A DNA stretch of 61,116 nucleotides, filler included, from Stramenopiles sp. TOSAG23-6 (Eukaryota), in the NCBI GenBank assembly GCA_900128565.1. It is 4 parts of 4 records of this genome, joined end to end, with 100 filler letters (N's around TTAATTAATTAA, not from the genome) between each part and the next. Parts side by side here need not be neighbours in the genome. Positions count along the whole stretch, not along the records: positions 30,663 to 45,856 come from LT636125.1; positions 45,957 to 61,116 come from LT636126.1; 2 more parts are not named here. One strand, written 5' to 3'. The stretch's first letter is position 1. Each line of letters starts with the position of its first letter. A model generated the notes under the pieces. It did not search any database. It was not told the origin of the DNA and saw only the letters and a list, made by a program, of their open reading frames with translations. Positions 37,037-49,679 of the stretch are shown here, piece by piece. The translations under genes and the position numbers were made by a program.

Positions 37037-37276
37037 ATTTTGGTACAATGTGTATTCTTTTGGAAATTATGCATCTGGATTTTGTTAGATATGTTTATTT
37101 TTTTTTTCTTTTCAATCTTTACAATAAAAAAATATACATATTTGGTGTTATCTAAAGAAAAAACAATTCTAAAAATTAATTTTATTTTTGTAAATAATCC
37201 AATATTATATACAAATTTTAGTACAACATGTATTCTTTTGGAATCGAATTTTGGTACAATATATATTCTTCTGGAA
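37037..37276. repeat. Three degenerate copies of a ~29-bp unit
   Basis: ATTTTRGTACAAYRYRTATTCTTYTGGAA at about 37037, 37215 and 37248. Confidence 0.7.
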
Positions 37277-40200
37277 CAAATGTTTGTCAAAATTGGATCA
37301 AACTTGAATGTACGTTTTAATCTAAAATTCGAAAAAATATATAAGTTCAAACTGTAAATGAAAAATTTTTTTTTTTTAGTTTGAAATTATTTTGAAAGTT
37401 TGAAATTATTTTTGAAAATGTACATCGTGTCATCGACATCTACTCAGAAAATAACTGGAATGTTTTTATGATCCATCAGATTATTATGATTCAAATTTAT
37501 AAAATGAATACAAAAATATTATTTTGGTGAATTTTTTAGGTATGAAATCTCTTACAAAAAAAAAAGTAAATAAATTTGAAATTAAAAAAAAATAAACAAA
37601 CCTAAAAATATTAATAGGTTTGTCCCATTATAAAAACAACGATACAACAAAAAAAATAATGTTAAAATGTAGTACAAGTAGTTATAACTAGCTAGTATAT
37701 TATATACTCATTCAGAAATCGTTCCGACTTTGAAACCATAACCATACTTTGATTTTTTTTGTACTAAAATATTAAATCGTATAAACTTTCTACGAGTATT
37801 GTGTGATAGTCAGTTTGGATTCCAAAAAAAATATTTTTAATTTTTTTCTCCACTTTTTCGAAGTTAAGTGAAAATTAACCTAGGGTTGGGTTTCAAATAT
37901 TTTTTCCCAACATTTTAGGCTCTATAGTAGTCAATCTGTACCTAAGCCCAAAAGGAGTATTCATTTGAGAACAAAACAAAATGTGCAATTTTTGAAAAAC
38001 AAAAAAATAGAATTGAAATTAATAAACTCGTGACGATTAGAACGTCAAAAAAAACGCTCAAAATGTATCAAAAAAGAAAAAATGAGGTACCACGAATTAA
38101 CGGGTACCCCGAGATATAAAATACGTTTATTCAAAAAAACTCTATCGTTCCGCTGCCAAAGAAATTGCAAGATAGTATAATACAATATTTCAAAAAATTG
38201 AATCGGTTAGGTACAAAATTTCGTACGAAAAAAAAAAAAAAAAAAAAAAAGAAAAAAAATTTTTTTTCTTTTTTTTTTTTTTTTTTTTTTTCGTACGAAA
38301 TTTTGTACCTAACCGATTCAATTTTTTGAAATATTGTATTATACTATCTTGCAATTTCTTTGGCAGCGGAACGATAGAGTTTTTTTGAATAAACGTATTT
38401 TATATCTCGGGGTACCCGTTAATTCGTGGTACCTCATTTTTTCTTTTTTGATACATTTTGAGCGTTTTTTTTGACGTTCTAATCGTCACGAGTTTATTAA
38501 TTTCAATTCTATTTTTTTGTTTTTCAAAAATTGCACATTTTGTTTTGTTCTCAAATGAATACTCCTTTTGGGCTTAGGTACAGATTGACTACTATAGAGC
38601 CTAAAATGTTGGGAAAAAATATTTGAAACCCAACCCTAGGTTAATTTTCACTTAACTTCGAAAAAGTGGAGAAAAAAATTAAAAATATTTTTTTTGGAAT
38701 CCAAACTGACTATCACACAATACTCGTAGAAAGTTTATACGATTTAATATTTTAGTACAAAAAAAATCAAAGTATGGTTATGGTTTCAAAGTCGGAACGA
38801 TTTCTGAATGAGTATATAATATACTAGCTAGTTATAACTACTTGTACTACATTTTAACATTATTTTTTTTGTTGTATCGTTGTTTTTATAATGGGACAAA
38901 CCTATTAATATTTTTAGGTTTGTTTATTTTTTTTTAATTTCAAATTTATTTACTTTTTTTTTTGTAAGAGATTTCATACCTAAAAAATTCACCAAAATAA
39001 TATTTTTGTATTCATTTTATAAATTTGAATCATAATAATCTGATGGATCATAAAAACATTCCAGTTATTTTCTGAGTAGATGTCGATGACACGATGTACA
39101 TTTTCAAAAATAATTTCAAACTTTCAAAATAATTTCAAACTAAAAAAAAAAAATTTTTCATTTACAGTTTGAACTTATATATTTTTTCGAATTTTAGATT
39201 AAAACGTACATTCAAGTTTGATCCAATTTTGACAAACATTTGTTCCAGAAGAATATATATTGTACCAAAATTCGATTCCAAAAGAATACATGTTGTACTA
39301 AAATTTGTATATAATATTGGATTATTTACAAAAATAAAATTAATTTTTAGAATTGTTTTTTCTTTAGATAACACCAAATATGTATATTTTTTTATTGTAA
39401 AGATTGAAAAGAAAAAAAAAATAAACATATCTAACAAAATCCAGATGCATAATTTCCAAAAGAATACACATTGTACCAAAATGGTTAGTCTACCAATCAA
39501 ATAATCCAAATACGTAAAGTAGGCCTGGGAGACCTCCACGACCAACACCATCATAACTGTCAACCTTATAACTTTTATTTACAAAAAGAATTTTGTTCTC
39601 AATTCTATCAGATTTGATTTCTTTTTCCAATGAACTATACTGTTCTTTGAATCTGTCCACATGAAATCCAACTGGATGAGTGACGAGAGTCATATAACAC
39701 GATTTTGCCAATGTAGACAATGGATACGAATTATTCTTGAAAGCTGCGTCTTGTTGTTCCATCAACATTGTACGAGCTGCAACAGAGTTTACGTTTCCAA
39801 AAGCGAGCATTATCTTTGCACATATTACTTTGGAAATGCAAAACTTTGCAAATCCTTGATCAAATTTAATGAGATCTGATGTCGGGCGAAGTGCACCTCC
39901 TTCACGTGGCATTCCATATGGATAAGACTTCGCAGTTCCCGTATAGGGAGATATATAATTCGTGTAGAGTTTTTGCCCGTCAACGCGAAAAAGAACCGCT
40001 GAAGATTTACGAGGCAGAGCACCATGCAGATTAAGGAAATTTTTCAAAACAGCTGGTGAAACTGTGTCAAATTCCCCATTGGCGCCACCACTTCTTTTGA
40101 AACTTACAGCGTATTTTTCCTTTTTACTTAACGATTTTTTCAACACAGCGAATATTTCTTCAGGGAGCCTACTAAACATTGTACTACCATGTATTTTGAA

Positions 40201-43200
40201 AAAATATTTCAAAATAAAAAAATATTTCAAAATAAATTGTTAGGTACAAAATTTCGTACAAAAAAATATTCGAAATTGAAAAAAAAAATAAAACTTTCAT
40301 CATCAAACTCGTTATTCTCATCCAAATCTTTGATTAAATCCAAACAAGTTTTTTCCGGAATTCGTAATTCCAAAAGCGTATATTCATTATTTTGATTCTC
40401 GCCAAGAATCATTTGAATCTTTTCGCTTTTAGGAACATACTTGCATTCCCGAAGTTGTTGTAGTGTCGGGTTTTTCCCATTGTCTACCATTGTGGGTTTT
40501 TCAACACGTTTAAGAATTGTAAAATCAACCCGATGTTTCTCAAACATAAAGGATTTTGCGTCGTTGATGAATGCTTCGATTGAAAGATTACTTTCAGAAG
40601 CAAGACGAGCAGTATCAGCATTGACAACACCATGAACAATGCCATCATATATTGTGAAATGTATTTCAATTTTTATTGTTATGTTTTGNTNAGTACANAA
40701 AAAATNTTTTTTTGTTAGGTACAACTTTTACTACAAAAAAAACATACATGTATTTTTTCTTCTGAAGGAGAATGTTGCGCACCATAACAAAAAAATGAAA
40801 TGCAATCGAAATTTGCAAAGCTGCAGAGACCGTATTCTGGGAGCACGATAGCACCACCATACCATTGAGGAATCGGTTTTTGAATCGGTTCTTCCAACTT
40901 TCTCCGCTTTATCAAACGTACGACTTTGTCAACTTTGTTTGCGAATTTCTTTCTCATCTTTTTTAATATGTTTGTGAAACGATTTTTCTTGCTCTTTCTT
41001 TGAGTTTCAAGAGATTTTGCAAGGACGCAACATGAAGCCATGGGTATAGGACCCGTTTTATTACTTAAGATAGCGTCCCGCATTGGGCAAGGTACATGGG
41101 GCGTTGTTTCATCAGCCTTTTTTACAATTGCTTTTGTACACGAGACATGGAAAGATCCTTGCTTACAATGGGCACACGTAATGTAGCCTTCAGCGTGATT
41201 GCCAATGCTAGAGGTTTTGAATTTCCTTTTTGACTCTTTGCCCTTTTCTTTCCTCTTTTCAACCTCATCTGCTCGTTTTTGATCCCAAGTGTGTATCTGA
41301 CAGAAGTCACACTTCCATTCAAACATTTTGTTTATATGGCAGATTGGTACAAACTTTTGCCAACGTTGACCAACGTTCGTTGGCGTTCGTTGGCCAACGT
41401 TCTTTTGAACATTTTTAGACACGTGTCGTTGATTTATTTACACGAAATTATAATTTATTTGATTTTTTATTATTTCGATGTCAAAAAATGCTCAAAAAAT
41501 GAAATGTCTTCAACCAATCAAGACCAATCAATGGTTAGTTCTTTTCATCAATAAAATATTTTTCCATTCATTTCTGATGCAACCACTTTGTGGGGCAACG
41601 ACGCAGGCCAAGTGGTGGAAACACCTCCCGTCAACCGCGACCACTTGTTGGTCGCGCGGGGCGAGTAGGGTGGTTGCGTCAGAAGTGAAACTGGGTCATG
41701 CATTCACAAAGAACACAACCAGTGGGTCAACGCAACGCAACAACACACTCATAACCACCTACTCTTTTACACTGCTGGAATAAAACAGATAACAAAACCA
41801 AAGGGTACATGTAGCCACAAAGGCTGCCTTACCTGTAACCACCATGGTTACATTGGTTTTGTTTGATGTTTACCAATCTATGAAGGTTACGCTCTTCCTC
41901 ATGCAATTAAGCGTCTCGATCTTGCTGGTCGTGACTTGACNGAGTTCATGATGAAGTGCCTCGCTGAAGAAGGTTACTCTTTCACCACAACTGCAGAACG
42001 TGAGATTGTTCGTGACATCAAGGAAAAACACTGCTACGTTGCTATGGACTATGATGCTGAATTAAAATCAGCTTAATCTTCGTCTGACCTCCAACATCAC
42101 ACTTCATGATAGTTCGGTAGACTGTTGAATGGATTCCATCAGCTTCTTTACCCATGAATGATGGTTGGAAGAGAAGCTCTAGGCACTTGAATTGACTTGC
42201 TCCAATGGTCACAATGTTTCCGTCAGGAAGCTCATATGTCCAACACCAAAAGATCAAATTATAACAAAAATAAGACTTATATAAACAAACGCAATGACCA
42301 AAGTATAACAAAGATTAATGCAGCTCACCAGGAGCAGCTGGATATCGTTAACCCAGGATATTAAAGTATAGACAGAGGTTCAATGCCCCCTAGAGACGGG
42401 GTTGTGCATCTTATTTTATTTTTTTGTCCCGCTTACAATCGGGTACCAAAAAAATAACCAAAAAAATAATAGTAGTAATAATAATAATTTACACAATATT
42501 AGCTTCAGCTATGAGTTTATTTATATACGCGTTCCAGTATATTTTACATTTTACATAAAATTCCACAAACTGCGAGTATTTCACACTCAGTGTCTACTTC
42601 ATAAAAGACAATTCTATATTTTATTTTGCACAATCAGCGTACTTTTTCTTCCGACGTTTCTCCTTTTCAGCAAGCTTCTTCTTTGATTCTTCTTTCTTGA
42701 TTACTTCATTTTTATGTTTTATTTGTGTTATTATCCTACGTAGGTCTTGGCGTAACCTTGCAGCATCTTGAGGTTCATATGCATTAGGTTTTAGAACTTT
42801 GTCAAAGCGTTTTTTTATCTTTAATTTACTCTCGCCTTTCGCCTTCATCTTTGACATATGTAAGGTTGCAACTGAAAGACGATCTAAGTCAGTTAAAAGT
42901 ATTTCAACATTTTTACATACATATACTCCACAGTCACAAGAATTATCCTGTTGTGGCGACTTTGTAGTCGCAGCAAATATTTCTTTGATCGACAAACTAG
43001 TTTTGAGATTCTTTCTTGCTTTTAATTCAGAAGTCATATAATTAAATAATTGTTTTTTCACCTTTTGTAAACTATGACACATGAGAGAATCAAATAATGC
43101 AATTCCAAAGACAGGTTTATGAACGGTTGATTTTTTTTTGAAACGACCCATCATATTTCCTGGATTACAAATCACTGCAAGGCTCCAATGTAAACGCATA

Positions 43201-45770
43201 TTGATCGGGAAAAAAAGAAAGTCATATGAAAATATATCAATATTTTTAGTCCAAGACTTCACGTCTTCATAACAACCTTGAATAAGTCTCTTGAAAAAGT
43301 GAGAACTAAAAATGTAAACAGTTGCTTTTGACTTTTTTTTTTTCTTTTTTTGCTTTTTTTGTAAGCAATATCGAAGATAAAAATCAATGACATTATCATT
43401 GAGAAATTCACCGGGATCAAGGCGATCCATATCACCGTGTGTGAATGTAATAGAATCTCTCACAGAATTTTCAGGTGCATATACTGTATAAACTTTATTG
43501 GGTTCTTCTCTAATGTGAGAGATATTTCTGCGCGCTAATCGTGTACTAGCACGAGTTGACCTGGAGGAAAGTATATTTGTATTCGATGTATCAATACTAT
43601 ATAAAGGAGATGTTTGGTCATTTTCAACATGAGTTTCTTTTTCTGTATCATTTGTGTACGAATTCTTCAATGTACTGGTATCACTAACAGTTATAATCTT
43701 ATATTCATACAACTTTTGTAGTAACGCGTAATCATTGCTACAAAGCAATTCCCGAGATTTTACAAAGTCAATTACACTTAGTTGTATCTCTTCAAAATGG
43801 CAATTCTTATCTGATTTATCAAATGTCAATATTAAAGTGTTATATTTATCATCTAATGTTTTTTCACTTTGAAATACAGCAATATGATCATTATCACTAA
43901 AACCAGTTTCTTTCATATCAACCCACTTAATTTTGTATTCTTGAAGGCCATCACTTGTTGGCTCTGGTATTATGCGTACACCAGATAACGAAATTTCGAG
44001 AGAATAATTGTAATCAGCATTCGTATTGGCCTCGATGATTTCTTCTTCTGGTTCAATTTTCTTTATACATAAATTACAAAGTGCATCATTAAGTACGCCA
44101 GTATTATTTTCTTTTTCGTTATTTATACTATTTATAGGGAGGCACATAAAGTATGCTGATTTTACTGGTACTTGAAAACAAAGATCAACATTGTCCACAT
44201 GTTGAACAATCTTTAATAGCTCAGACTGTGATAAGAGTGCACTACATTTATATCTCGCAGCTGATAATGGTGCACCTTTGAGACTTTCTCCGGTAATTTC
44301 AACATCATCGTCATCAGTGAATTCACAGCTACTACTACTATCTTCACTAGAGGAACAAAGATCGAGTGCTGTATTAGAACTTCCGTGTGCATTTTTTTTA
44401 CGTTTAGATCTCCTTGTATTTGTCGAATGTGAACTTTGATACTGATTAGAGGACGACTGTGATATCTGAGCTTTTGGCGACTTTCGCTTATTTGAACTAC
44501 TTGTACTTGTGGGAAACGATCTCATTTTACGGACATGTTCTTTGTCTTTGAACTTCTTCTTGGGATGTTCTTTGTCGAATATCTTGGCATGTTCATTGTC
44601 AAAACTCTTCTTTGCTTCTCTTTGGAAGCTCCTACCTCTCTTACTCATACTTAAATGCACTATGGAACAGCAAAACAATGCCACTAAATATTATACTATT
44701 GAAATCTACAATTGAAAGTCTGTCAGCTCGGAATGTTTTGCCAAAGAGGTTCTATTTTNTGATGTTTTTTTACTTTTTCCCTTGACCACCACAAAACCGA
44801 AAAAACCAATGTGCTGAGTTGACTTGCATCTTTGAAATCGATCAAACCCTAACCCTAGCGGCTCAGATCGATTGAAAACGCGCGAGATCTCCATCAGATT
44901 CTTCGAAGATCAATGATCATGATTCATGATGTTCATGATTATTGAATTATATATTCTATCGATCGATGATCGATCCAAAAGGAAAAATCGAATCTCTTTA
45001 TTTTACATTGTCATTCTTTATCTTGTTGACAGATAATCTGAAAATCGACAAAACGTCCATTTTGACTCGGAGTATTTGTGAGATATACTTCTTGGATTAA
45101 CATTCGATTCCCAAAAATAACCGACAGACCATTCTTGCTATTTTGACAAAAAAAAATTCTCAGAGAGAGAGAGACAGATAAAATTTAGATAAAGTTGGTA
45201 CTTTATAAATGAGCAATGCAGTCACTTTACATTATAAATGAGCAATGCAGTCACTTTACGTTGCTCTCGGTATAGTATCCTTCACACAGGCTCTTCTTTC
45301 AAGTATATTTGGTGCATATTCAACTCGTATATTTAATGAAGTCTTTGGTCTTGAACCACTAGGTTTCACTGTAGCGCTCACGTGTTTTTCCTTGTAACTA
45401 ATGCAGTCAACAATCCAATGATTGGAATATACCTCGACGTACAAATAAGAAAGAAAGTACACTTGAAAACTTAAAACTCGCGTGTATTCAATAATTAGTA
45501 GTGGTTTCGGGCTTGTCTTTGTATTTGTAGTATTACCGTGGTATCAATGGGGAAATTCTGACTCATCTTCACAAAGTGTATTAGCCATTCATTTCTTTTC
45601 TTCGCTTTTCTTTTTTGATTGTTTCTTTACTGCCTTTACACTTACTGAATCAGCGTTATCAGCAGAATGTACTACCTATTCTGAAACAAAACGAGCGTCA
45701 TTGACACATTGGAGAACTTTATGTAGTGGAATTGGTGTTTTATTTGGGCTTCCATTAGCTGAAGTTGCAT

Positions 45771-45856
45771 GTATGTTTTATTTTTTTTCAAATTCTAAAA
45801 ATTTTTTTTCGTACGAAATTTTGTACCTAACAATTTTTTTAGATTTTTTTTTGAAA
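45771..45856 (+). mobile_element. Introner-like intron, 3' end lost at contig end (mirror 30663-30748 -)
   Basis: GCA T|gtatgtttt plus core. Confidence 0.75.
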
Positions 45857-45956
45857 NNNNNNNNNNNNNNNNNNNNNNNNNNNNNNNNNNNNNNNNNNNN
45901 TTAATTAATTAANNNNNNNNNNNNNNNNNNNNNNNNNNNNNNNNNNNNNNNNNNNN
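45857..45956. other. Artificial contig linker
   Basis: N44-TTAATTAATTAA-N44. Confidence 0.98.
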
Positions 45957-46007
45957 GTACCTAACAAATTTTAGTTTTTTTTTTTGAAATATTTTTCCAA
46001 AATACAT
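45957..46007 (+). mobile_element. 3' part of an introner-like intron ending AT
   Basis: gtacctaac...ccaaaatacat|ACA GTT. Confidence 0.75.
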
Positions 46008-47680
46008 ACAGTTTCTGAAATTTGGTCCGAACTCGAAACAAAATATCCTGGTCTTTGTCGAAATGATAATCATTCCCATGACATGTTACCTACAAGACGC
46101 TATGGGCTAGCAGATAAACAAGCAGTATTTACACGTCAGATTCTACGGAACAGGTATGTTTTTTTTTTTTAATTATTTGAAGTTTTTTTTTCGTACGAAA
46201 TTTCGTACCTAACAAAAACAAAAAAATATTTTTTTCACAATACAGACAATCTAAGAAATTGTATAGTGCTCTTAATACAATTTTACCTCCTTGGGATGGT
46301 TTCACGTATGATTGTCAGGATATATTAGATAATCCCAAAACTAGTCAAGTAACTGCGAATAGTGTTGTATGTTTTCAAAATTGATTTTTTTACCTATTTT
46401 TTTTTGGATCAATTTTTTTCATAGAAAAAAAATATTTTTTTTTTTCATTGAAAATTTCATACCTAACGATTTTTTTTTCTTGCTCAAAAAAAATATATTT
46501 TTCACAATACATGTAGTTTCACAAGATCGATGGTGCCTTTACCCTCCATCTTTAGGTAATCCTCAACGGCAGACAAATAATCCTGGCGCACATTTAGACA
46601 TTTGTCCGTGGCAATATTTGTCTATTAATGGGCCAAATCAAACACGAAATGTACGTTTTCATCTTGAATTCATTTTTTTTTTAGTACGAAATTTCGTACC
46701 TAACAAAAAACAATTTTGAAATATTTTTACACAATACATTATTCTGAAGAAACAAATATTGATAATTTAAGGTATAAAAATGGTCTATATGATTTTAGAG
46801 CAGAGATCAACTGTGTGAAAGGAAAATTTGGTCCACATAACCAAGGTATTCTCAACCTCATTGATGCATGTTTTCATCATTCTATTTTTTACTAAAAATT
46901 CTTTGTATTACATTTTGTAATTTTTTGACAAAAAAAAAAGTTTTTTTCAAAAATCATTTTTTAAATTTTTTTTCGTACCAAATTTTGTACCTAATTATTT
47001 TTTTTACTCAAAAAAAAAATATCTTTCACAATACATAATCGTGCTGAAGATGGAGGGACAGCTGTCGTTCCAGGATTTCATAAATGCTATCCCAAATGGA
47101 GCCAGTCTCTTGGTACTTATAAGGAAAATCGAGTCGGTCAACGTCGCCGAGGGAATTCTTACGTTTTTTCTAATCCCTATGTATATTTTCATTATGAATT
47201 TTTTACCTAAAGTTTTTTTTTCATACGAAATTTTGTACCTAACGAATTTCAAATTTCTGAAATGTTTTTTCACAAAATATGATCCTATTCATAAATTAAT
47301 GAGAAGGGTTACGTTACGAGCTGGATCACTTTTGTTATGGAATCAATGTACTGTTCATGGAGCACAACCTAATACATCTGATAGGCCACGTGTAGCACAA
47401 TTTGTTCGTGGTTTTCGATTTGTACGTTTTCAAAATTGAATGTATCTTTTTTTTTAGTGCGAAATTTTGTACCTGACAAAAAAATTAAATTGAAAATATT
47501 TTTTCACAATACTTGGTGAACTTTCTGACGAAAGAAGAAAAGCAAGAGCTAAAAAAATATTACAAGAAATTAAACAAGCAAATTTACTAAAAGAATTAAC
47601 ACCTCTATCCAAACACGTTTTTGGTATTGATGAAGATTATACATCGTACCAAAACCTTAACCCNAANCCNACTGTTTNAA
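46008..47680 (+). CDS. PhyH-like Fe(II)/2OG dioxygenase, 5'-partial; exons 46008-46153, 46246-46366, 46513-46650, 46740-46865, 47037-47180, 47281-47421, 47515-~47680
   Basis: Spliced product has VSQDRW, HLDICPW (HxD), QGILNLIDNRAEDGGTAVVPGFH, AGSLLLWNQCTVHGAQPNTSDRPR; stop obscured by Ns. Confidence 0.85.
46154..46245 (+). mobile_element. Introner-like intron GT...AG, flanking repeat AG
   Basis: AAC AG|gtatg...cacaatacag|A CAA. Confidence 0.9.
46367..46512 (+). mobile_element. Introner-like intron GT...AT (exon ends TT, mismatch case)
   Basis: AGT GTT|gtatg...cacaatacat|GTA GTT. Confidence 0.8.
46651..46739 (+). mobile_element. Introner-like intron GT...AT
   Basis: CGA AAT|gtacg...cacaatacat|TAT TCT. 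Confidence 0.85.
46866..47036 (+). mobile_element. Introner-like intron GC...AT
   Basis: ATT GAT|gcatg...cacaatacat|AAT CGT restores LIDNRAEDGG. Confidence 0.85.
47181..47280 (+). mobile_element. Introner-like intron GT...AT
   Basis: CCC TAT|gtata...cacaaaatat|GAT CCT. Confidence 0.85.
47422..47514 (+). mobile_element. Introner-like intron GT...TT, flanking repeat TT
   Basis: CGA TTT|gtacg...cacaatactt|GGT GAA. Confidence 0.82.
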
Positions 47681-47774
47681 AAAAAAANGAAAAAANGAAA
47701 NGAANCCATGATCAGTGTAGAAGGAGATCTGACTTTCAGTTGATTATAAATTAATTTACTTTATTCATAATATT

Positions 47775-49037
47775 TTATACTTCTGGTTGAAGTTCTTCAA
47801 TTTCATGTTCAGGTTCAGGTTGAATTATAACATCTTTGAGACGGTTTTCCCCAAAAGGGAGCTCTGCCCCAGGAACCCGATACACAATATCTCGGTTGCC
47901 GCGGCGAAGAAGGCTTTTATGAACGTTTTTCTTTCCCGATATATATTTTTCCCCAATATTATGAATTAGATCCAGCAAAACATGGGGCACTTGAACAAAA
48001 GCAAGTAATTGCTCAGCATTCAAAAGTTTAATATTACGAAAAACACAATTAGGGTTGGCAAACTGAAAAGTTACTCGTCCGTATTTTTCAAACATAGTAC
48101 CACTCAATCCGTACTTGTCTTCGATCCTAAATGACATATTACCCGTGGGTATACTTTCGCCTCGGGGGCCAAATTTTTCAAAACATTCATTTAGGCCAAC
48201 GTTTCCCAATCCTACAGCTTCAGGCATTTGGCTAAATAAATCAAATATATGTCCAGCTGTTTTGTTCAATTTGGCTATCTCGCTTGCGTCCTCTGGACTT
48301 CCTATCATAGCCGTTAACAAAATATCTGGATTTTCTCGCATAAACTCTGGAACGTATCCGAAATCCAAGTCGTCTTCTAGAGCGGTCTTTACTACGTCAG
48401 CATCATGTTTCAGTCTGTCAGATAAAAGTTGAAACATCTGACTTTTGATTCCACTAGACATGAACCTGGCTTTATCATCAAAAATATTCAAATGATTGCA
48501 ATTTTCTTTTAGAGATTCATATTGAAGCATTTCACTAGGGTGACAAATTCCTACGCGAAGTGATAGCATAGCAGATATAACCTCCTCATCACATTGCATG
48601 TCAACTGGAATTCTTTCATAGTTCAGTTTAGAGCGGTATAATGTCGCGACAAGAACATCTCGATCAACCTGTAAAGCTCTCGGTATTTTTTTAAGAATCC
48701 AATCGCAATCCTCTGCTGTAGATTCAGTATCAGCATGTCTTTTCAATAGCGCAATTACCACGTCTTTATCGTTTACCAACTCGCCAACGTCTTTCCATAT
48801 AGTGCTTGAAGTGTCATAATAATTGAAACGAGTAACCTCTTTTATAACTTGGTCCTTATCATGCCAGTCTATTGCGTCGCGCAAAATAGAGCTTTTATTG
48901 TAAGAATCAGGATCGCCCATTTTGTCGTGCCAAAGAGAGTGGCGCCAAATAGAGCTGTTATCGTCAGAATCCATTGCTTTGGTTGTAAAACAAAGAATCG
49001 CCATCGCGCTTAACACAAGTATAGCTTTTGAGATCAT
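47775..49037 (-). CDS. Signal-peptide protein with DUF4116-like repeats
   Basis: MISKAILVLSAMAILCF; repeats IPRALQVDRDVL, LSDRLKHDADVV, VPEFMRENPDIL. Confidence 0.7.
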   Translation of the reverse strand: MISKAILVLSAMAILCFTTKAMDSDDNSSIWRHSLWHDKMGDPDSYNKSSILRDAIDWHDKDQVIKEVTRFNYYDTSSTIWKDVGELVNDKDVVIALLKRHADTESTAEDCDWILKKIPRALQVDRDVLVATLYRSKLNYERIPVDMQCDEEVISAMLSLRVGICHPSEMLQYESLKENCNHLNIFDDKARFMSSGIKSQMFQLLSDRLKHDADVVKTALEDDLDFGYVPEFMRENPDILLTAMIGSPEDASEIAKLNKTAGHIFDLFSQMPEAVGLGNVGLNECFEKFGPRGESIPTGNMSFRIEDKYGLSGTMFEKYGRVTFQFANPNCVFRNIKLLNAEQLLAFVQVPHVLLDLIHNIGEKYISGKKNVHKSLLRRGNRDIVYRVPGAELPFGENRLKDVIIQPEPEHEIEELQPEV

Positions 49038-49361
49038 TTTCAAGGTGATAAATTTTGATGATTACTTGGATCAATCAAAATTGTGGTACCTGTCTATAGA
49101 ATCTAATCTATAGAGACACACTGACTGACGCTGACTGACTTCTTGGTAAAAAGTACACTATGAAGTTCACCCTTCTTTCAGCATTCTTTGAAACTTCTTT
49201 TGAAATCAGGACAAAACTCACTATACAAAATCACGAAATCCGATAATAAAAATAAAAAAGTGATCGACACGTGCTGGTCATACTTTTAGTTCATCCTATT
49301 ATTTCACACTAGTCCCTGAAATACTTATTCTTGTTCGAATACCAATACATTTTCTTTCACG

Positions 49362-49679
49362 ATGCGCATCTTTGCTGCCGTAAGACGCATAGCTACACAT
49401 AGTAGAGGCAGTGCTCTTCACACTAGTAGAAAGTCACATCGAGGTCCTCACTTTGGAAACGTTGGTGGAGAGTCTATGAGTCAAGGGTCAATGGGTTCAA
49501 CTATGGGCGGCTCCGGTAGAAGGTCCATGGGCTCAGATAGTTTAGGAGGCTCTGGGACATTCCGTACTCATGCTCAACGCAATGCTTTACGGCGTGCGAA
49601 AATTGGTGGTATGGTAGCTTTAGTTGATTCACGTGACTTATTCCTTGCATGCTTGGGCGATGACGACGACGGAACGTAA
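49362..49679 (+). CDS. 105-aa protein with mitochondrial-presequence-like N-terminus and DDDDGT C-terminus
   Basis: Arg/Ser/Ala-rich acid-free N-terminus; higher GC than flanks. Confidence 0.6.
   Translation: MRIFAAVRRIATHSRGSALHTSRKSHRGPHFGNVGGESMSQGSMGSTMGGSGRRSMGSDSLGGSGTFRTHAQRNALRRAKIGGMVALVDSRDLFLACLGDDDDGT

Larger units (their letters stand above)
30663..45856. repeat. Whole-contig inverted duplication, centre 38259/38260; likely artefact
   Basis: Paired coordinates sum to 76519, most Ns mirrored, centre in a poly-A/T run next to an intron core. Confidence 0.97.

Noticed and set aside
36956-39563. Phe/Lys/Ile-rich short ORFs
   Set aside because: Translations of AT-rich or intronic sequence; I could not build a consistent gene model around 37430-38260
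30663-45856. Second 15-kb palindrome
   Set aside because: Same artefact signature; mirrored genes were not counted as independent
45957-47514. Regularly spaced repeats as a CRISPR array
   Set aside because: The spacers are in-frame exons of one eukaryotic gene, repeats are degenerate, and there are no cas genes
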